Positions 24,233 through 36,869 of a stretch of 64,000 nucleotides of DNA are shown here, one piece after another. Position numbers and translations under genes: made by a program. The notes beneath the pieces are model-generated. The model was not told the DNA's origin, made no database searches, and saw nothing but the letters and a program-made list of their open reading frames with translations. The stretch's first letter is position 1. Each line of letters begins with the position of its first letter. Origin of the DNA: Elsinoe ampelina (taxonomy: Eukaryota); the NCBI GenBank assembly GCA_010093995.1, contig ML992501.1, positions 2,297,320-2,361,319 of the forward strand, read 5' to 3'.

Positions 24233-25725
24233 TTACTGGCCCGTCTTCTCCTCCTTCCCCCTCACCTTCTTCCACATCCCGGACAACCCATCCTTGAACT
24301 TCTCCCATCTGGTCCTATTCAACCAATTACTCAACTCCCTGAAATTATACATCTCCCCCCAACAGTCCCTCCCCCACTCGCATCCCGCCATATTGACCAC
24401 GAAATCACGATCTTTCTGCTGATAATGGATATGCGGATCATCGCCCTTCTCCCCGCACGCACCCGCAGGAAAGCTGTTGATGCGTCGCTGGTTGATGAAT
24501 GCCAGCTTGTTCCGCACCCATGGTTGGTTCCGGTACATGGCTTCCAGAGCGTCTTGCTCTTTGTGCTCCCACTCCATGTGTTTCTGCTCGTAGCCCACGG
24601 GGTCCCACCAGATGTCTAACAGGCGGTCGGTCCAGCCGGAGCGGCGCACGAAGAAGCTGCCGAGGTTGAAGCCGCCGCAGTCTTGCGGGATGACAATGTT
24701 GATGGAGTTGGGGTTGCCATCGCCGACGGGTGAGCGGGAGACGTCGTCGAGGTATTGGTCGGTGGGCGGGTGGGTGATGTTGAGGGGATTGTAGTGGTTG
24801 ATGTCACGGTAGGTGACTTTGCCGAGCTTGTTGAAGATGTGGGATTGGAGAGAGTAGGATGGTTCCATGATGAAGGTGTTGAGGTCGAGCCACCAGAACC
24901 TGAGATATGTTAGTAGTCAAATGCGTGCTCGTCGGAGGGTGAGCTGACCATTCGGCATGCGGGTACTTTCTCATTGCATTTCGTATCGTGTCGACCTTCT
25001 CCCAGCTCTCTCGCCATTCGTGGGCATATCGCTTCTTTGTGCTCATATCCACAATCTCAAGCTCATATCCCCATCTCGCGACGTACTTTTTCTTGTTTCT
25101 CACGCTGTCTCTTTCAATCGCCCATTCTCTTGGCCCCTTCCATTCCATTACACCTCCTCCAACGTTCGCGGCGAGAATTACAACAAACTTCTTGCCGCCC
25201 CCAAGCCAGCTCGTCCGTCTGTAGAAGTATCGTATCGCTGTCTTCATTAGCTAACCATCCCAAAGCAGGCTGTACGGAACCACACTTACGTCCGTGGAGG
25301 AATATGTACCCCAAAATCACTAGTACCACGAGCAGCACACTCCGCAGCCGCATCCGCATGGCCATTCTCGACACTGATCTCAACCAGCTCTTGACTCCAG
25401 ATCCCTTCCCACCTCCCGGGCTCCATCCACCAGGACTGTGCTTGTCCTTCCTCTCCTCCTCCGTCCACAACGGCAGTCCTTGTGATACACTCCTCCCTAC
25501 TCTGCCTAGGAACCCAAGTCCTGCTCCTCCATTTGAACTTTTGGGATAGCCATTCACTTGTGCTGATCTTGCTTGCGCCGATGCCCAATTTACATCGTGC
25601 GAGTTGCCGCCGTGCAATTTAGGGCTTGTAGACCGAGATATCTGCCGCGGCGAGGAGAGTGTAGGTGTCGCCCAGCCAGCGCCAGGATTGGGTGATGGAG
25701 ACCGTGAGAATTGTCGCGAGGACAT
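24233..25725 (-). CDS. MNN10: GT34 glycosyltransferase (Mnn10/GMA12 family); 2 introns
   Basis: Type II TM; KRYAHEWRESWEKVD, WFWWLDLNTFIMEP, QDCGGFNLGSF, EWEHKEQDAL, NMAGCEWGRDCW. Confidence 0.92.
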
Positions 25726-27614
25726 GGTGGGTGTATCGTTGCGTTTCGCCAGTGTGATGTCGGTGTTGGCCAGGAGGCCAATGGCCGGGTGGAGGCGATG
25801 GTTTTGATGGACGCTGTGGTTGGGATAGGGGCTAGCGCATTGTTGTGAGGATATGCGATGTAGGGTTCTGTATTATGCGCAGTATGGCAAAGAGTATCAG
25901 AGTCGGAGGAGTGTGTAACAGGATGAGAGGTCTCGATGTCGCCGCGGCGGTGGTCGATGTGCCAAGTCAGACTGTGTCGAGGGGGTAGAAGGGCTCGTGT
26001 CAGCTGCCCGTATTGCTCTGACCGGCGCCTGAGGAGAATATGGGCGCCGCGAGATTGTCGGATCTGTCGAAGCGAATGTCCTGTCGTCAATGATTACACG
26101 TGCTCAGTTTTGGTGATGATTGTACCAAAAGGACACCATGGCAGGGCCAGATCATTCACCCAGAGCCCCCCCAAGTTTTTGGCCAGGGGAAGCCCCGAGC
26201 TAGGGCTTGGCAAGTAGATCACGGGCAAGAACCACTCAAGGGCAGCACCAGAAAGGCGCACAACAAGCACACAATTTGCTACGGCACAGCACAAGGATGG
26301 AGTTCCTTGCGTCCTTCCCGTCAACGTCGTCCGGCCTGTCAAACCTGTGACCTCCATACCATAGTCTCCCCAACCAGGTTCTACCATAGACAGACCCCGT
26401 CGCTCGACCGCACTCTGTGTCTCTCTCAATTCTGCTCTAAGTTACCCTCGGCCCCCTCCTCCCGAACGCTGGCTCCCCAATCTCGGACAGGCGTTCCCTA
26501 ACCACGCACTACGCAAACCCTGCGTACCAAAAATACACATCTCCTTTACCATAAGAATCCCATAGCGTTTTGGACAGAAGATTTCTTCACGACAAACTTC
26601 CCTGCCGTCCATTGCCTGCAAAACAATCCCACCTTCTCAATCCCGCTGCACTGCACCAGCACCGTTCCCATCCTCCTCTCTCCCGCCCTCACGTCAATGC
26701 CCGATGCCCCTCCCAACCCCCGATCCACCTCTGGCTCCCAAAGTTCTCTACAGGCCAAAAAAACCCATGCAAAGCACCGACCCCGTTGCCAGGCGCTGAT
26801 TTGATTTTTTTTATCCCAGTCCTCCCCTTCGCAATAATACCCTTGTCCCTTTCCGTCCGAACTCATGACGCGACCGGGTTGCAGGGTTTGTTGATGCGCA
26901 CTCCAGCTTTTTTTCCGTGGTTGCGTGGGTGGTGGTGATCATACAGGAGGATCGACGCCCCCCGGTGTGTCTTGGGCGCATCAAATCTGTCGTTCACGGT
27001 CCATCGTTGCGAAGAGGGCAGATCCGTTGGGTGCCCAGTGGGTGGAATGACTCGTTCAGGGGGCAGGTCGGGTAGGGGACGACGTCACTTGTTTTTCGAA
27101 GTTCTGCTCTGGGAGTCAGTGGAGGCAAGTCGATGCACCAGTTCGTGTTCTGGAAAGGCGATGGACGGAATGCAGATGGTGTCGCGTGATCTGTGCAATG
27201 GAACAAATGGGCATGAATGTGAAGTGATTATGTTCTCATTGATTTTTCAGTATTCGATATGTTACAATCTTGTTCGCTCTCAACAAGCAATGTACCATCT
27301 CCCAGCGATGCTCTTGTTGCTTTTGTATTAGCCGTCGATGACGGACAGCTATCTTCTCCGTCCTTACGAGGACCTACAGATACACTTCGCTACCTCCCCT
27401 CTAGCGACCTTGCGGTGTCATTTGTGAACCGCCGAAAATAAACAAAGTTCACGCCGGAACTGCCGTCCCACGCTTGAACGCTAGTCAATACCGAGAGTGC
27501 CATGGCCTCGATCGTCAAACACCGGGGCTAGATGAGCGAGTGTGATAAAGTTGGGTCGTAAAAAATGTACAAGTTGAAGTGAAATTTTGGTAGCGAACGT
27601 GTCGTGAGTGTAGC

Positions 27615-28922
27615 TCACTTGCGGAACCAGAAAGCCTTGATGCCCTTCTTCTTGGAGAGAGCATTGGCAAACGCGCCATTCTCGCCGGTGACGTCGTCGG
27701 AGAAGGTCAGCTCGGCGAGGGCAAGAGGATCTTTGTCGAGCCCAAGAGCGTCAACGTCCATCTCTTGCTCGTCCTGCCAGCCATAGAGTTCTTCATCGGA
27801 AGCGCGAAGCTCTGGCTTGGTCAAGGTCATGCGCAAGGTCATATCCCTCTTCATGAGCTCCTCAAAGTATGATGTGTTGGAGCCATGGCGAAGTATCGTC
27901 GGCGATGGTGCGGAATCATCCTCCTGTGAGTTGACCGAGAAGTAGCCTGACTTACGGCTGATGATCTGAGGTTGGTTGAAGGAATCTGGCGTTGGTGGCT
28001 CGATCTCGTCGGCCGAAGACAGCTCCTCCCTCTCGTCTTCGATGCAGTCGCCATACATGGTGGAGTCGAGCCAGGTCTCCCTGATCTGAGTGCCAGGACT
28101 GACGGCATCGTATGGAGTTGGAGGCGCACGAAGACCAGTGTTAATTGTGGGAAAGCCGAAGATCAAAGTCTCCTCGAACCGACCATTGCTGGCACAGTCC
28201 TTGAGCAATGCCTTGGTAGCCGGATCCTTGAGGTAGAGGGGCTTTGCAATGTTGAGTGGTGGAGGAGGACCTGCTCTTTGTGAAGTCTGGCTCATCGAAC
28301 GGCCAGTGTTAGGGCGGGGTGTGTCGAGAGAGGGTGAACCCTTGACGTTATCCCAACCATTGAAGTTGATGGTCGGACTGCGTAGGAATGTTTGCTGGGG
28401 TGGGCACAATTGTGGCTGGAGGTGTTGAGGGAACTTCTCTTGTGCAATCTCAGGTGAGGCGTGCCATTGCGTCGGACGAGCTCGTAGGGACTCAAGAGCC
28501 ATGGAGTGCCGGGTGCTAAGAGGTGGCATTGACGGCATGAGCGATGGTGAGGGCATCGGTGAGGTCTGTGAGCTGTCGTAGGCCATGCTCTTCGTCCTCG
28601 TGTGAGGTCTCGGGTGTGCATCCTCCACGTGGTTCAGGGTCTCTGGTGAAGCGTCAAGGAGGGCCAGCTCACTCCTTGCTCGGATCAAGATCTGCTCTTC
28701 CTTTGTGAAGTGCTGTCGCTTGACCTTGTCCGGTAGTGAGAGGAACCATACTGCTTCTGTAGGTGTGATGGAATCGCGAGTGGTTGACTGCTTCCGCGCT
28801 CGTAACTTGGCGATGAAGTTGGGCGATTGAGGGGAGAACATGGCATCGTTGGGGTCTGCTCGTGAGATGGAGCCAGACCTGTGAAGGAAGGGGAGGGATC
28901 CCCTGTGGTGTGTCGCAGCCAT
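27615..28922 (-). CDS. Conserved fungal hypothetical protein (S/P-rich)
   Basis: 435-aa ORF; blocks WFLSLPDKVKRQHFTKEEQ and RDMTLRMTLTKPELRASDEELYGWQ that I recall from ascomycete hypothetical proteins. Confidence 0.8.
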   Translation of the reverse strand: MAATHHRGSLPFLHRSGSISRADPNDAMFSPQSPNFIAKLRARKQSTTRDSITPTEAVWFLSLPDKVKRQHFTKEEQILIRARSELALLDASPETLNHVEDAHPRPHTRTKSMAYDSSQTSPMPSPSLMPSMPPLSTRHSMALESLRARPTQWHASPEIAQEKFPQHLQPQLCPPQQTFLRSPTINFNGWDNVKGSPSLDTPRPNTGRSMSQTSQRAGPPPPLNIAKPLYLKDPATKALLKDCASNGRFEETLIFGFPTINTGLRAPPTPYDAVSPGTQIRETWLDSTMYGDCIEDEREELSSADEIEPPTPDSFNQPQIISRKSGYFSVNSQEDDSAPSPTILRHGSNTSYFEELMKRDMTLRMTLTKPELRASDEELYGWQDEQEMDVDALGLDKDPLALAELTFSDDVTGENGAFANALSKKKGIKAFWFRK

Positions 28923-29749
28923 TGCTAGGTCGACTCGAGATGTGAGAAATGTGAAGTTGCAACAGACGCAAGCCGATGAGATCGGAATGTGAGGCGGATG
29001 CTGGACTGATATCAGCGGTTTGTCTGTCTAGACCAGACCCGATCGGTTGTGTAGCCACCACCGAATGGGTTCGTCATGTCTCAGATGACAGCGGGGGACA
29101 GTGTTTTACCTGGTACAGTAGCTCCTGTCAAAAATGGGACGGACCGGGAGATTGGGCCGAACAGTGATCGGCAATGAGTGACAGCACTTGCTACACCACA
29201 GCAGACCTACTTGTGGCGAGGGGCAGTCGTTGCGAGTGTCGTGGGGTGAGTCGAGAGAAAAGGTTACGATGATAAGTGACAAGTCGTTGCAAGGAATTGG
29301 GCGATGCCGAGAGAGACAAGGTAATCTGAGCGAGAAAGGATTGGCAGGGAGGGTGTGTGGCCGTTGAGCACAACTGTCGCCGGTCTCACGCGAGAGGAGG
29401 CAGGTTTGGAGAAGGCGAAAGGCGAAAGGCAAAGAGTGATGATAGAGAGTCCAGTCGGTCAAGCCGTTCGAGAGAAGATCAGAAGGGCAGGTGAGGCTGT
29501 GATATTCATGCTCAGTACTTGGAGACTTGTGTGGACAGTGTGGAGCTGCAATGTATTTTGCTTTGCTTGTTCCCACGACGGCGGGTGAGAGGGTGATGCA
29601 AGGGGTTGTTCGCTGATGATTTGATTTTCAGCTAGGCGATGCGGAATGGTTGCGAGTGGATGCCACATGCATGACCATGCAGCTCTAGCTGGAGCCACGC
29701 AGCTGCACGACTACGGCACGACCGGCAGCGCTTTGCGAAGACGCCGAGA

Positions 29750-29779
29750 TGGCGTGGCGTGGCGTGGCGTGGCGTGGCG
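29750..29779. repeat. (GGCGT)n microsatellite, about 6 units
   Basis: tggcgtggcgtggcgtggcgtggcgtggcgg. Confidence 0.9.
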
Positions 29780-31974
29780 GTCGGCAACTTGGACCTGATT
29801 ACTTTCTCGACACAGTTGCACGTCTAGACATGGGCCGTTGGCCTACAACGACGTGTTGAGTGATGGGCCATTTCTCTTCACGTTTTCCGTGATGAGAAGT
29901 GGGAGGAGGGTTCGGGGTTCCAGCGGATCCTTCCTGTTCCTGACTCTGATCAGCGGGCGACAAGGCGAAGATCGGACGGAAGGTTCGCGCCCAGACCCAC
30001 GCCATGGCTAGCTCCCGCAGCTTTAGTCCCGATTGTTTGGAAACGGTGGTCGCTCTTTGTCGATTTGCTCACGTGTGCGTGACTCGTGGTCATTCTTCCA
30101 ATTCGTCCATGTAGGCGCGCACAGAGCTCATTGACACCATCACAGCTGCCGGTCGCCGGCTGGGATTCCGAGGATTGGGTCGTATCCCAAAGTTAGCATC
30201 AGGCCAATCTCTCTCAGACGAGCTAGCAGCACCATTGACAGTTTGACGCCCGTGGCTCTTCTTGGAATGACAGAGAACGTCCAAGGGCCGACTGTAAGAG
30301 GCTGATGCAGGTGTGACGGAGTCAAGCGGGCGAGGCATGGCAATCTGGCAATCTTGTCCGAATGAGATGACGGTGAGGAATGGTCACGCCGGGCGTGTTA
30401 CACAAGCCTAATGCGGCCGTGCACTTGGTAGCTGTCAAGATGCTCTTCGGGGCCGCAACCCCTCACGGCTTCTTTGTTCTGGCCACCAATATCCGGTCAC
30501 CGCCATGCTGACCTCAAAGACAACAAGTCCGCCTCCTCTCCCGAATGTGTTGGCATCCAGAATCCTTCAAATGTGGCGCCGGATTCCTTGCATCTGCACG
30601 CGAGGTGGCTGTAAGCGCCGGTCAGCTCTACCGGTCCAAGCCCAAGGCGACTCTTCGTTGGTAATGGAAAATGCCCAAACCTGCAGTCTAGCGCCTCAGC
30701 TGCGAGGTGAAGTCTGCAAGCTGTCGCATGATGAAACGCTGGTACCTGACTACAGCTTATAGCTGATCGTTGACTTTTTAGGTCGCCATTTTAGCTTTTG
30801 ATATTGTTTGACAGGGCTGCCCTGACCATACTGATTCACTTTGAAGCAATATCCCGCCGTTACCTCGCAGGTTGCTGTCGCGGCTCCTTCACCGACTGTC
30901 AAGTGTCGACCAAGCTCTTCTCAAGTTTGGTAGACGTGGAGGTGGCACCATGCAGTACCATGCCTCCCCCACCGTCTTCTGGATATTCTCACGACCACGT
31001 CTCAGAGGTAACACAGCATTCAAAGTCCCTAAGCAATAGTCACAAATCCTGTCAATAGTCCATTTCTCCTCCCTCAATCGCAACACCATCTGTTTCACCC
31101 CTCGCCTGATCATCCCCAAAGCGACACGGCAATCCCTTCCCCCCCTTCCCCGACCCATACCCACCACGCGTCTCCCTCACCGTCGCCACGCATCCAGCCC
31201 TACAGCTTACCTCCCATCGCCCAGATCGTCCGCCTCCCAACGCTCAAGTCTCCCAAATTCACCACCCGTTCCTCACCAACGCAAAGCGCCCAACTAACCG
31301 CTCTCTTCCACCTTTCCTCCTCCCACAACCGAGCCGGTCACTCCCAACCACCCCACCGTCCATCTCCATCCGTGCCTCCATCGGTATCGCCACATCGCTC
31401 CCCCCGAACAAGCCATTGTCGAACCGCGGAACACTACCACCGTTGCGCGGCCGAGCGTTTATTGAGCCACGGCAGAGGCGAGATGGGCGTTTCAACGGCG
31501 GTGGAGGGTGGAATGTGATACATGATATTGATACAGGGAGTGGGACATTGGTCCCGGGCTGGGGTGGCGATGGGAGTCAAGGTTGGAGATTCTGCCAGAA
31601 GCAGGGTAGGTGTGGCGAGGAAGCGCCGGCGCCGAGATGTAGAGGTGAGGTTGAGCTAGTGCTGCTAGTGGTGTTGGGCAGAAGAAAGAACGTTGGGGAT
31701 CAGCGCGAGGGAGGTAGGGCCAAGGAAGGAAGGTGATGGGGAAGAAGAGGGAAGGCTGGTTGGGCATGGTTGTGAGGTTGGTATGGGCAGATATGATCGC
31801 TTTGGGAATGCCGAGGTATGTAATGCAGTATGTACGTTGTGGCAACTCGCCAGATGACCTGCCAGACCATGTGCCCGATTCACCTCAGATCCCCTGCTAG
31901 ATCCCTGGAGAGATCCCTTACCAGATCGCATACACGATCAACCTCACTACCCATCTCTACAGCAAGCAAACCCC

Positions 31975-34217
31975 CTACTTCCCCTCCCCCATGTCATACC
32001 AATAATCCGCATCCACCCCCTCCCTACTCCACTCCTCCTTCTCCCCCTTGCCCTCCCCATCCATGCCCCCAGCATCCAGCTTCTCCCAATCCACATCCCC
32101 CCACCCCAACCCCAACAACCTCACCTTCAAACTCCAATCCTCGATCACTCCCACCATACGAATCGTCTCCTTCGTGATCGGCGATTGATCCAGCAACATT
32201 AGTAGCCCATCGAGCCACTCGCTCGCCGTCGTCTGGCTGGCTGTCTGCAGCTCCAGCAGCGGAGTTTCTGTCTCGTCGTCTTGGCTGCGGCCGGTGCCGT
32301 GGATCATGAGACGTGTTACGGTACCTTCTGTTGGACTAGCGGTGCCGTTTGTAGCTTTGCTCTTCGGTGGGAAGGAGGTGTTGTCGTGGATGCGGACTTC
32401 TTCTGGGATCTTCGCGCCAGAGACGACGTTGGACACGACGCTGGAGATGTGGTTCACGTCGATGCGCTGTTGGAGGTCGCCAAGGGTGGGTTTGTCCTCT
32501 GGCTTGCGTGGGTATGTGGCGTGGTGGAGGTAGCGCCTGTTGGGGCTGAGTTGGACGAAGCGCCACGCCAGGACGCCGGAAGATGGTCGCTCGAGGAGTG
32601 GTGGGGGAGTGCTGCTTTCCACGCCGGCTAGAGATGGGAACCAGGCTCCTTCGAGCAGGCAGCGGATCCGCTGTTCTTGCATGAATTGGGTAGATTCTTC
32701 ATGCAGGCGCTCACGGAGACGGGCGAGGTCATTGCCCCATGCGGATTCTTGCAATGTGTCGAGGTCGGCGAGCTGCCATTTGCGTAGCTGTGCTAGTGTG
32801 GTAGCGTCGATGGTATCTTCGACTTCTTGCGTGGTCGATTGCCGGGTTGAGCCTCCTATGACTTTTGTAACCAGTAATCGGACGAGGGTCTCGATCTTGT
32901 CGAACTCCGGAAGAGTAGCCTCAGCAGCGCTCCAAAGACGGAAGAAGGCATGGGTGACAGCTCCGTGGAGGCGGTCACGACAGAGAAGAAGTGGTTCCAC
33001 GGTTTGATCGAGGTCGGTCTGGAGTTGAGCTTCAACCACAGATGAGGTACGAGGACTTGCACTGCTATCGCCGATAGAGAAGTGCTCGTAGAGGATCGCA
33101 GTGACTGTTGTGCAGACGCGAGCGAAAGGACATCGCAGACCATCCGAGAGGACTGATTGCTCGAGCAGCGTCTTCTGGAAGAAATCTGTGTTCTTGCGCA
33201 CAAAATCTGCCAGGTCCATGAGTCCAAGCAGACCAGTCTCATGCAGATCACGAGCAGGATCCTCGTTCTCGAAGCCGATAATCGACCACGGTACCTCTCC
33301 TTCGGCCTCCCCATTCGTCTTTGTGCCATTGGTCTCTGGTGATTTCTCCTCTTTCCTGCTAAGCACAGCCTTGTGGGGGAGTGCCCTCGTCGCTGTCTTC
33401 CGAATGTTACCCAATGCCTCGCTATGCGCCGGCCGTGATAGATCAACAGGCACGAATCGCCAGCATCGCAGCATGACCTTTGTGAGTTCCTGAAAGTCCA
33501 GCACTGGCGCAGCAATTTCCGCCAGCGAGTCCCCTCTCATCAAGTTCTCCACCGTACTGAAGATCTCGAGATCCTGCAGCTTCTTCACGAAACGCATGAG
33601 CTGTGTCTCGGAAAAAGTCATGATACCATCCCTGATGAGAGCATTGAGGAACTGCAACGCGTTCGAGCATAGCGCATGATCCGCCGAGGACAGCTTCTCT
33701 ATCAACGCATCCAAGAAGTTTACATGCTCTTTCAATATCGGCTTCAAGCTGTCGATATTCGGCCCAATCCCATTCCCACCCGGCGATTGCAAAGGATACT
33801 CGAGCTGATCGAACGGTCTCGTGACAATGAGGACCAGCAGCCGAAACGCATTGCGCAGCACATTGATAACCGGCCTATCAATGACAAACTCCACAGCCTA
33901 CACCAGTCAGTCCCAGTCTCAACCCATCCCGTTCCGGACAGACTCACCCTCTCAGCAACCTCCACCCCCACCTGCTCCCACCCATAATCCAACTCCAATA
34001 TCCGGTTCAAACTCCCCAAAGCATAAGCCAGCGTATTCCCATTCTCCCTCAACACCATGTCACACAAAGCCGGCATCCCATCCCCCTGCACAAACGCATC
34101 CGCGAAATCGGCGTCGGCGAGCAGACTCTGCAGGTGGAACGCCGCCAGCTTGCGCCCGGACTCGCCCTCGCTGTTCAGCCCGGCGACGATGGAGGCGACG
34201 TCCATCTTGCCGTCCAT
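31975..34217 (-). CDS. ELMO/CED-12 domain protein with C-terminal PH domain; intron 33898-33947
   Basis: ARM-like N-terminus (GNTLAYALGSL), WSIIGFENEDPARD..ETGLLGLMDL, RCPFARV, EQRIRCLLEGAWF, WRFVQLSPNRRYLH, SEWLDGLLMLL. Confidence 0.9.
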
Positions 34218-35095
34218 GGCGGGCGGTGGCCGTGGGACGGGCAGAGGCCGACGGGTTGCGTTTCGAGGTACAGGTGTGGGAATTATGCGGGGCAGGCCAG
34301 GCCGTAGCTGGAGCGGGGAGCCGTGTCGGGGAACTTTTCGAATGGCTTGAGAATTGCAACGCTGCAAATGAAGGTGGTGTCACGACGGGAAGAAAAGATG
34401 TGCAAGAAAAGTTAATGGTCCTCGAACCCAAGGGAAGTATTCATCAGGGCCCTCGTTGGCACATGGCTGGGTCTGTCCTCAGCTCTGGTTCCACGGTTCC
34501 CTGGTCTGCGTGGACAGTGGCAGGCACCGGGGATTGAGCCCTGCTAGCTTCGCAGATGGACGGACATGACTCGGTGGCTCAGAGCGTCGATCGCCGAGGG
34601 CCCCTCCTGTCGTTCATGGCGCCGCCATGGGGGTTCATGCAGGGATGTACATCACTTGTTCTGCTGACATTGGGGGTTGAAACACGCTTTGGCTGGGTGA
34701 GGGGAGGGCCCTGGTGATCTTTGAGCGTGACAGGTGGTCTGGAAGCATGAGAAAGAAAGTCATGATTGTCATTGGTGATGGGGAAAAAGTTCATTTCATC
34801 ATTTCGCAGTGTAAAAGTTACAGAAAGAGCCCACAGTTGTTTGTCAGTGGTGATGATGCCATCCTTTATATTAAGAACGCCTTGTGCCTCGCCAAAATGC
34901 AGGTCGAGATGCAGTGACTTCCGTAGAAGCACTGGCTGTGCATTCGTTCGCACGCTGGTTAGTGCGGATCCACGGTGAACGCCCATCCCATCCATATCCC
35001 TCACCTCGTCCCGAGTGATGGCCGTGCATCTTCGTTAGGCGTGCTACGAAACTGGACGAAGCAAGACCTTTGTCGAAATGCAAGCAAAAGAACCC

Positions 35096-36869
35096 TCACT
35101 TGCGCCATCCCACGTTCCAAATCACATGAGCTATATCCTTGGCCGTGTTGATCGTTTCGCTGACTCTTCCAAAGAGTCCGAGTTCTGTTGCAACCTCATC
35201 GTCGTCGTCATCGTACGGCATGAACATGCCAGAAGGCGTCCTCCGCATGTTCGAGTGTCCTTCATCCGTATCGTCCATCCGAGGCTTGGGCGTGCTCGCG
35301 CCGCCTTGACGAGCAGGATGCCACGGCATATCCCGATCGGCATCCTCTTCATCGTCCGCAATTAGGAAATTTCGGGAGGCATCCACAGGGCGAATTGTCT
35401 CCTGAGAAGGAGATTGTGCAAGCTTGCTGGAGCTCGTTCCCCACCCTGAAAGAAAAGGTAATTGAATGGCGGTCCTGGCAGGCTCTGGAGAGTCGGTCTT
35501 GTACTTCAGTGTTGTATCTGGCAATTTCTCAATGATCTTCGCAGAGCTGGAGGAACTGCGAGAACCGTTGCGTCTGCCGACAGTAGGTCGCCGTCGTCTC
35601 GGCTTCCGCATAGTGAGGACACCGTCATCCGAAGACTCAGAGTCGGAATCGGACTCATCTTCGCTCGAATCATCATCGTATTGATCTTGATCCTTGCAAT
35701 CAATAGCAATGCACTGCTCGACTTTATCGTCAAACCTGATGTGACGCTTTGGGCCTTCCGAGGGCGTATTGCCGCCGGAAGACGAAATGGTTGAGAAGTA
35801 GTCAAGCTGATCACGACTAATGGTCTGTGATTGCAGTGATGTATTAAAGTCGGATGCTCCCCTGAGTAATGTTGCTGTAGGTCGAATGGTTGGAGTCGAC
35901 TGCTGAGCTTGCACTGAAGCGGCAGCCTGCTTGACGAGCGAATTCGCCGACAAGGATCGTTGAAGCATGACTTCTGACATGCTACGCTTCTTCAAGATTG
36001 GCTTTTTGGCAAACGAGGTCTGACTGCAGGTATGATTTGGAGACTTTTCTGGCGTGGCGTGGGTAATGGGGTGTGATGTGGCTGGCTGCAGTGGTCCATA
36101 CAACCACGTAACATCGCTTTCCTTCAGCCTGCACTGCGTTAACATACTATTCCGTACGCGCCTTGAGTGCAACAAACCAATTAAGCGTCTCTGGAGACAC
36201 AGTGGGTAACCGATACTTCGATTTCGCCCATGTTCTCCAGGACGCGTTTTCCAACCGCGATCTTTGTCCGTACACCTTTCGCTGCGACACGATATGTCTC
36301 CACGACGACCAGATGTCTTCTTCTCTCCAATCGTGCGACAGGTAATCGACATGTCTCGACGGGTTGAGCTTGACGGCTGTATCGTCTGCGACTGTGGGTG
36401 TGGGTAAGGGAGAGTCGGAACGCGTCGAATCGGTCCGGTTCGAAGGATCCTCTTGCGCCGTCGATCCAGCATCGCTGTCATCACTCGGGCTTGGTGGTAG
36501 ATCTAGAGGTTCGTCCTGGTGGTAGAACTGCACGCCATCATCATAGGATGGAAACGCAATGTCCTCCTCTTCCCTGTCGTCTTTATCCTCGAACGACACA
36601 CTTGATGCTGGCGTAGGTGGTAATGATGAGGGGCTCGACAAATCGGTGTAGGATTGATACGCTGAAGTACTCGTGGTTGAGGGTAAAGAATTCGTCGTGA
36701 AAGGCTGGTCTACCGAAGGAGGACTCGGCGGTGAAGTCCTGTTTGGCGTGTACTGCGGGCTGGCTTGCGATAAGAAGGACGAATACGAATGTGATGATCG
36801 TTTAAGAGGCGAGCTCGAGTAGTAGGACTGGCCGTTCGGCTTCCTGGGGTGGTATAGCACCTCGGCCAT
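35096..36869 (-). CDS. REG1: PP1 regulatory subunit Reg1/Hex2 homolog (DUF1752); intron 36129-36177
   Basis: PSRHVDYLSHDWREEDIWSSW, RLENASWRTW, NW|LKESDVTWLYGPL, KPILKKRS, RHIRF (PP1-binding-like), VNTAKDIAHVIWNVGWR-like C-terminus. Confidence 0.92.

Noticed and set aside
31259..31931. Short ORFs and spaced AGATCCC repeats (about 31887-31930) downstream of ELMO
   Set aside because: No consistent spliced reading frame could be built; the repeats are short and imperfect
31975..34217. Animal-like ELMO engulfment protein in a fungus
   Set aside because: ELMO-domain proteins are already known in filamentous fungi
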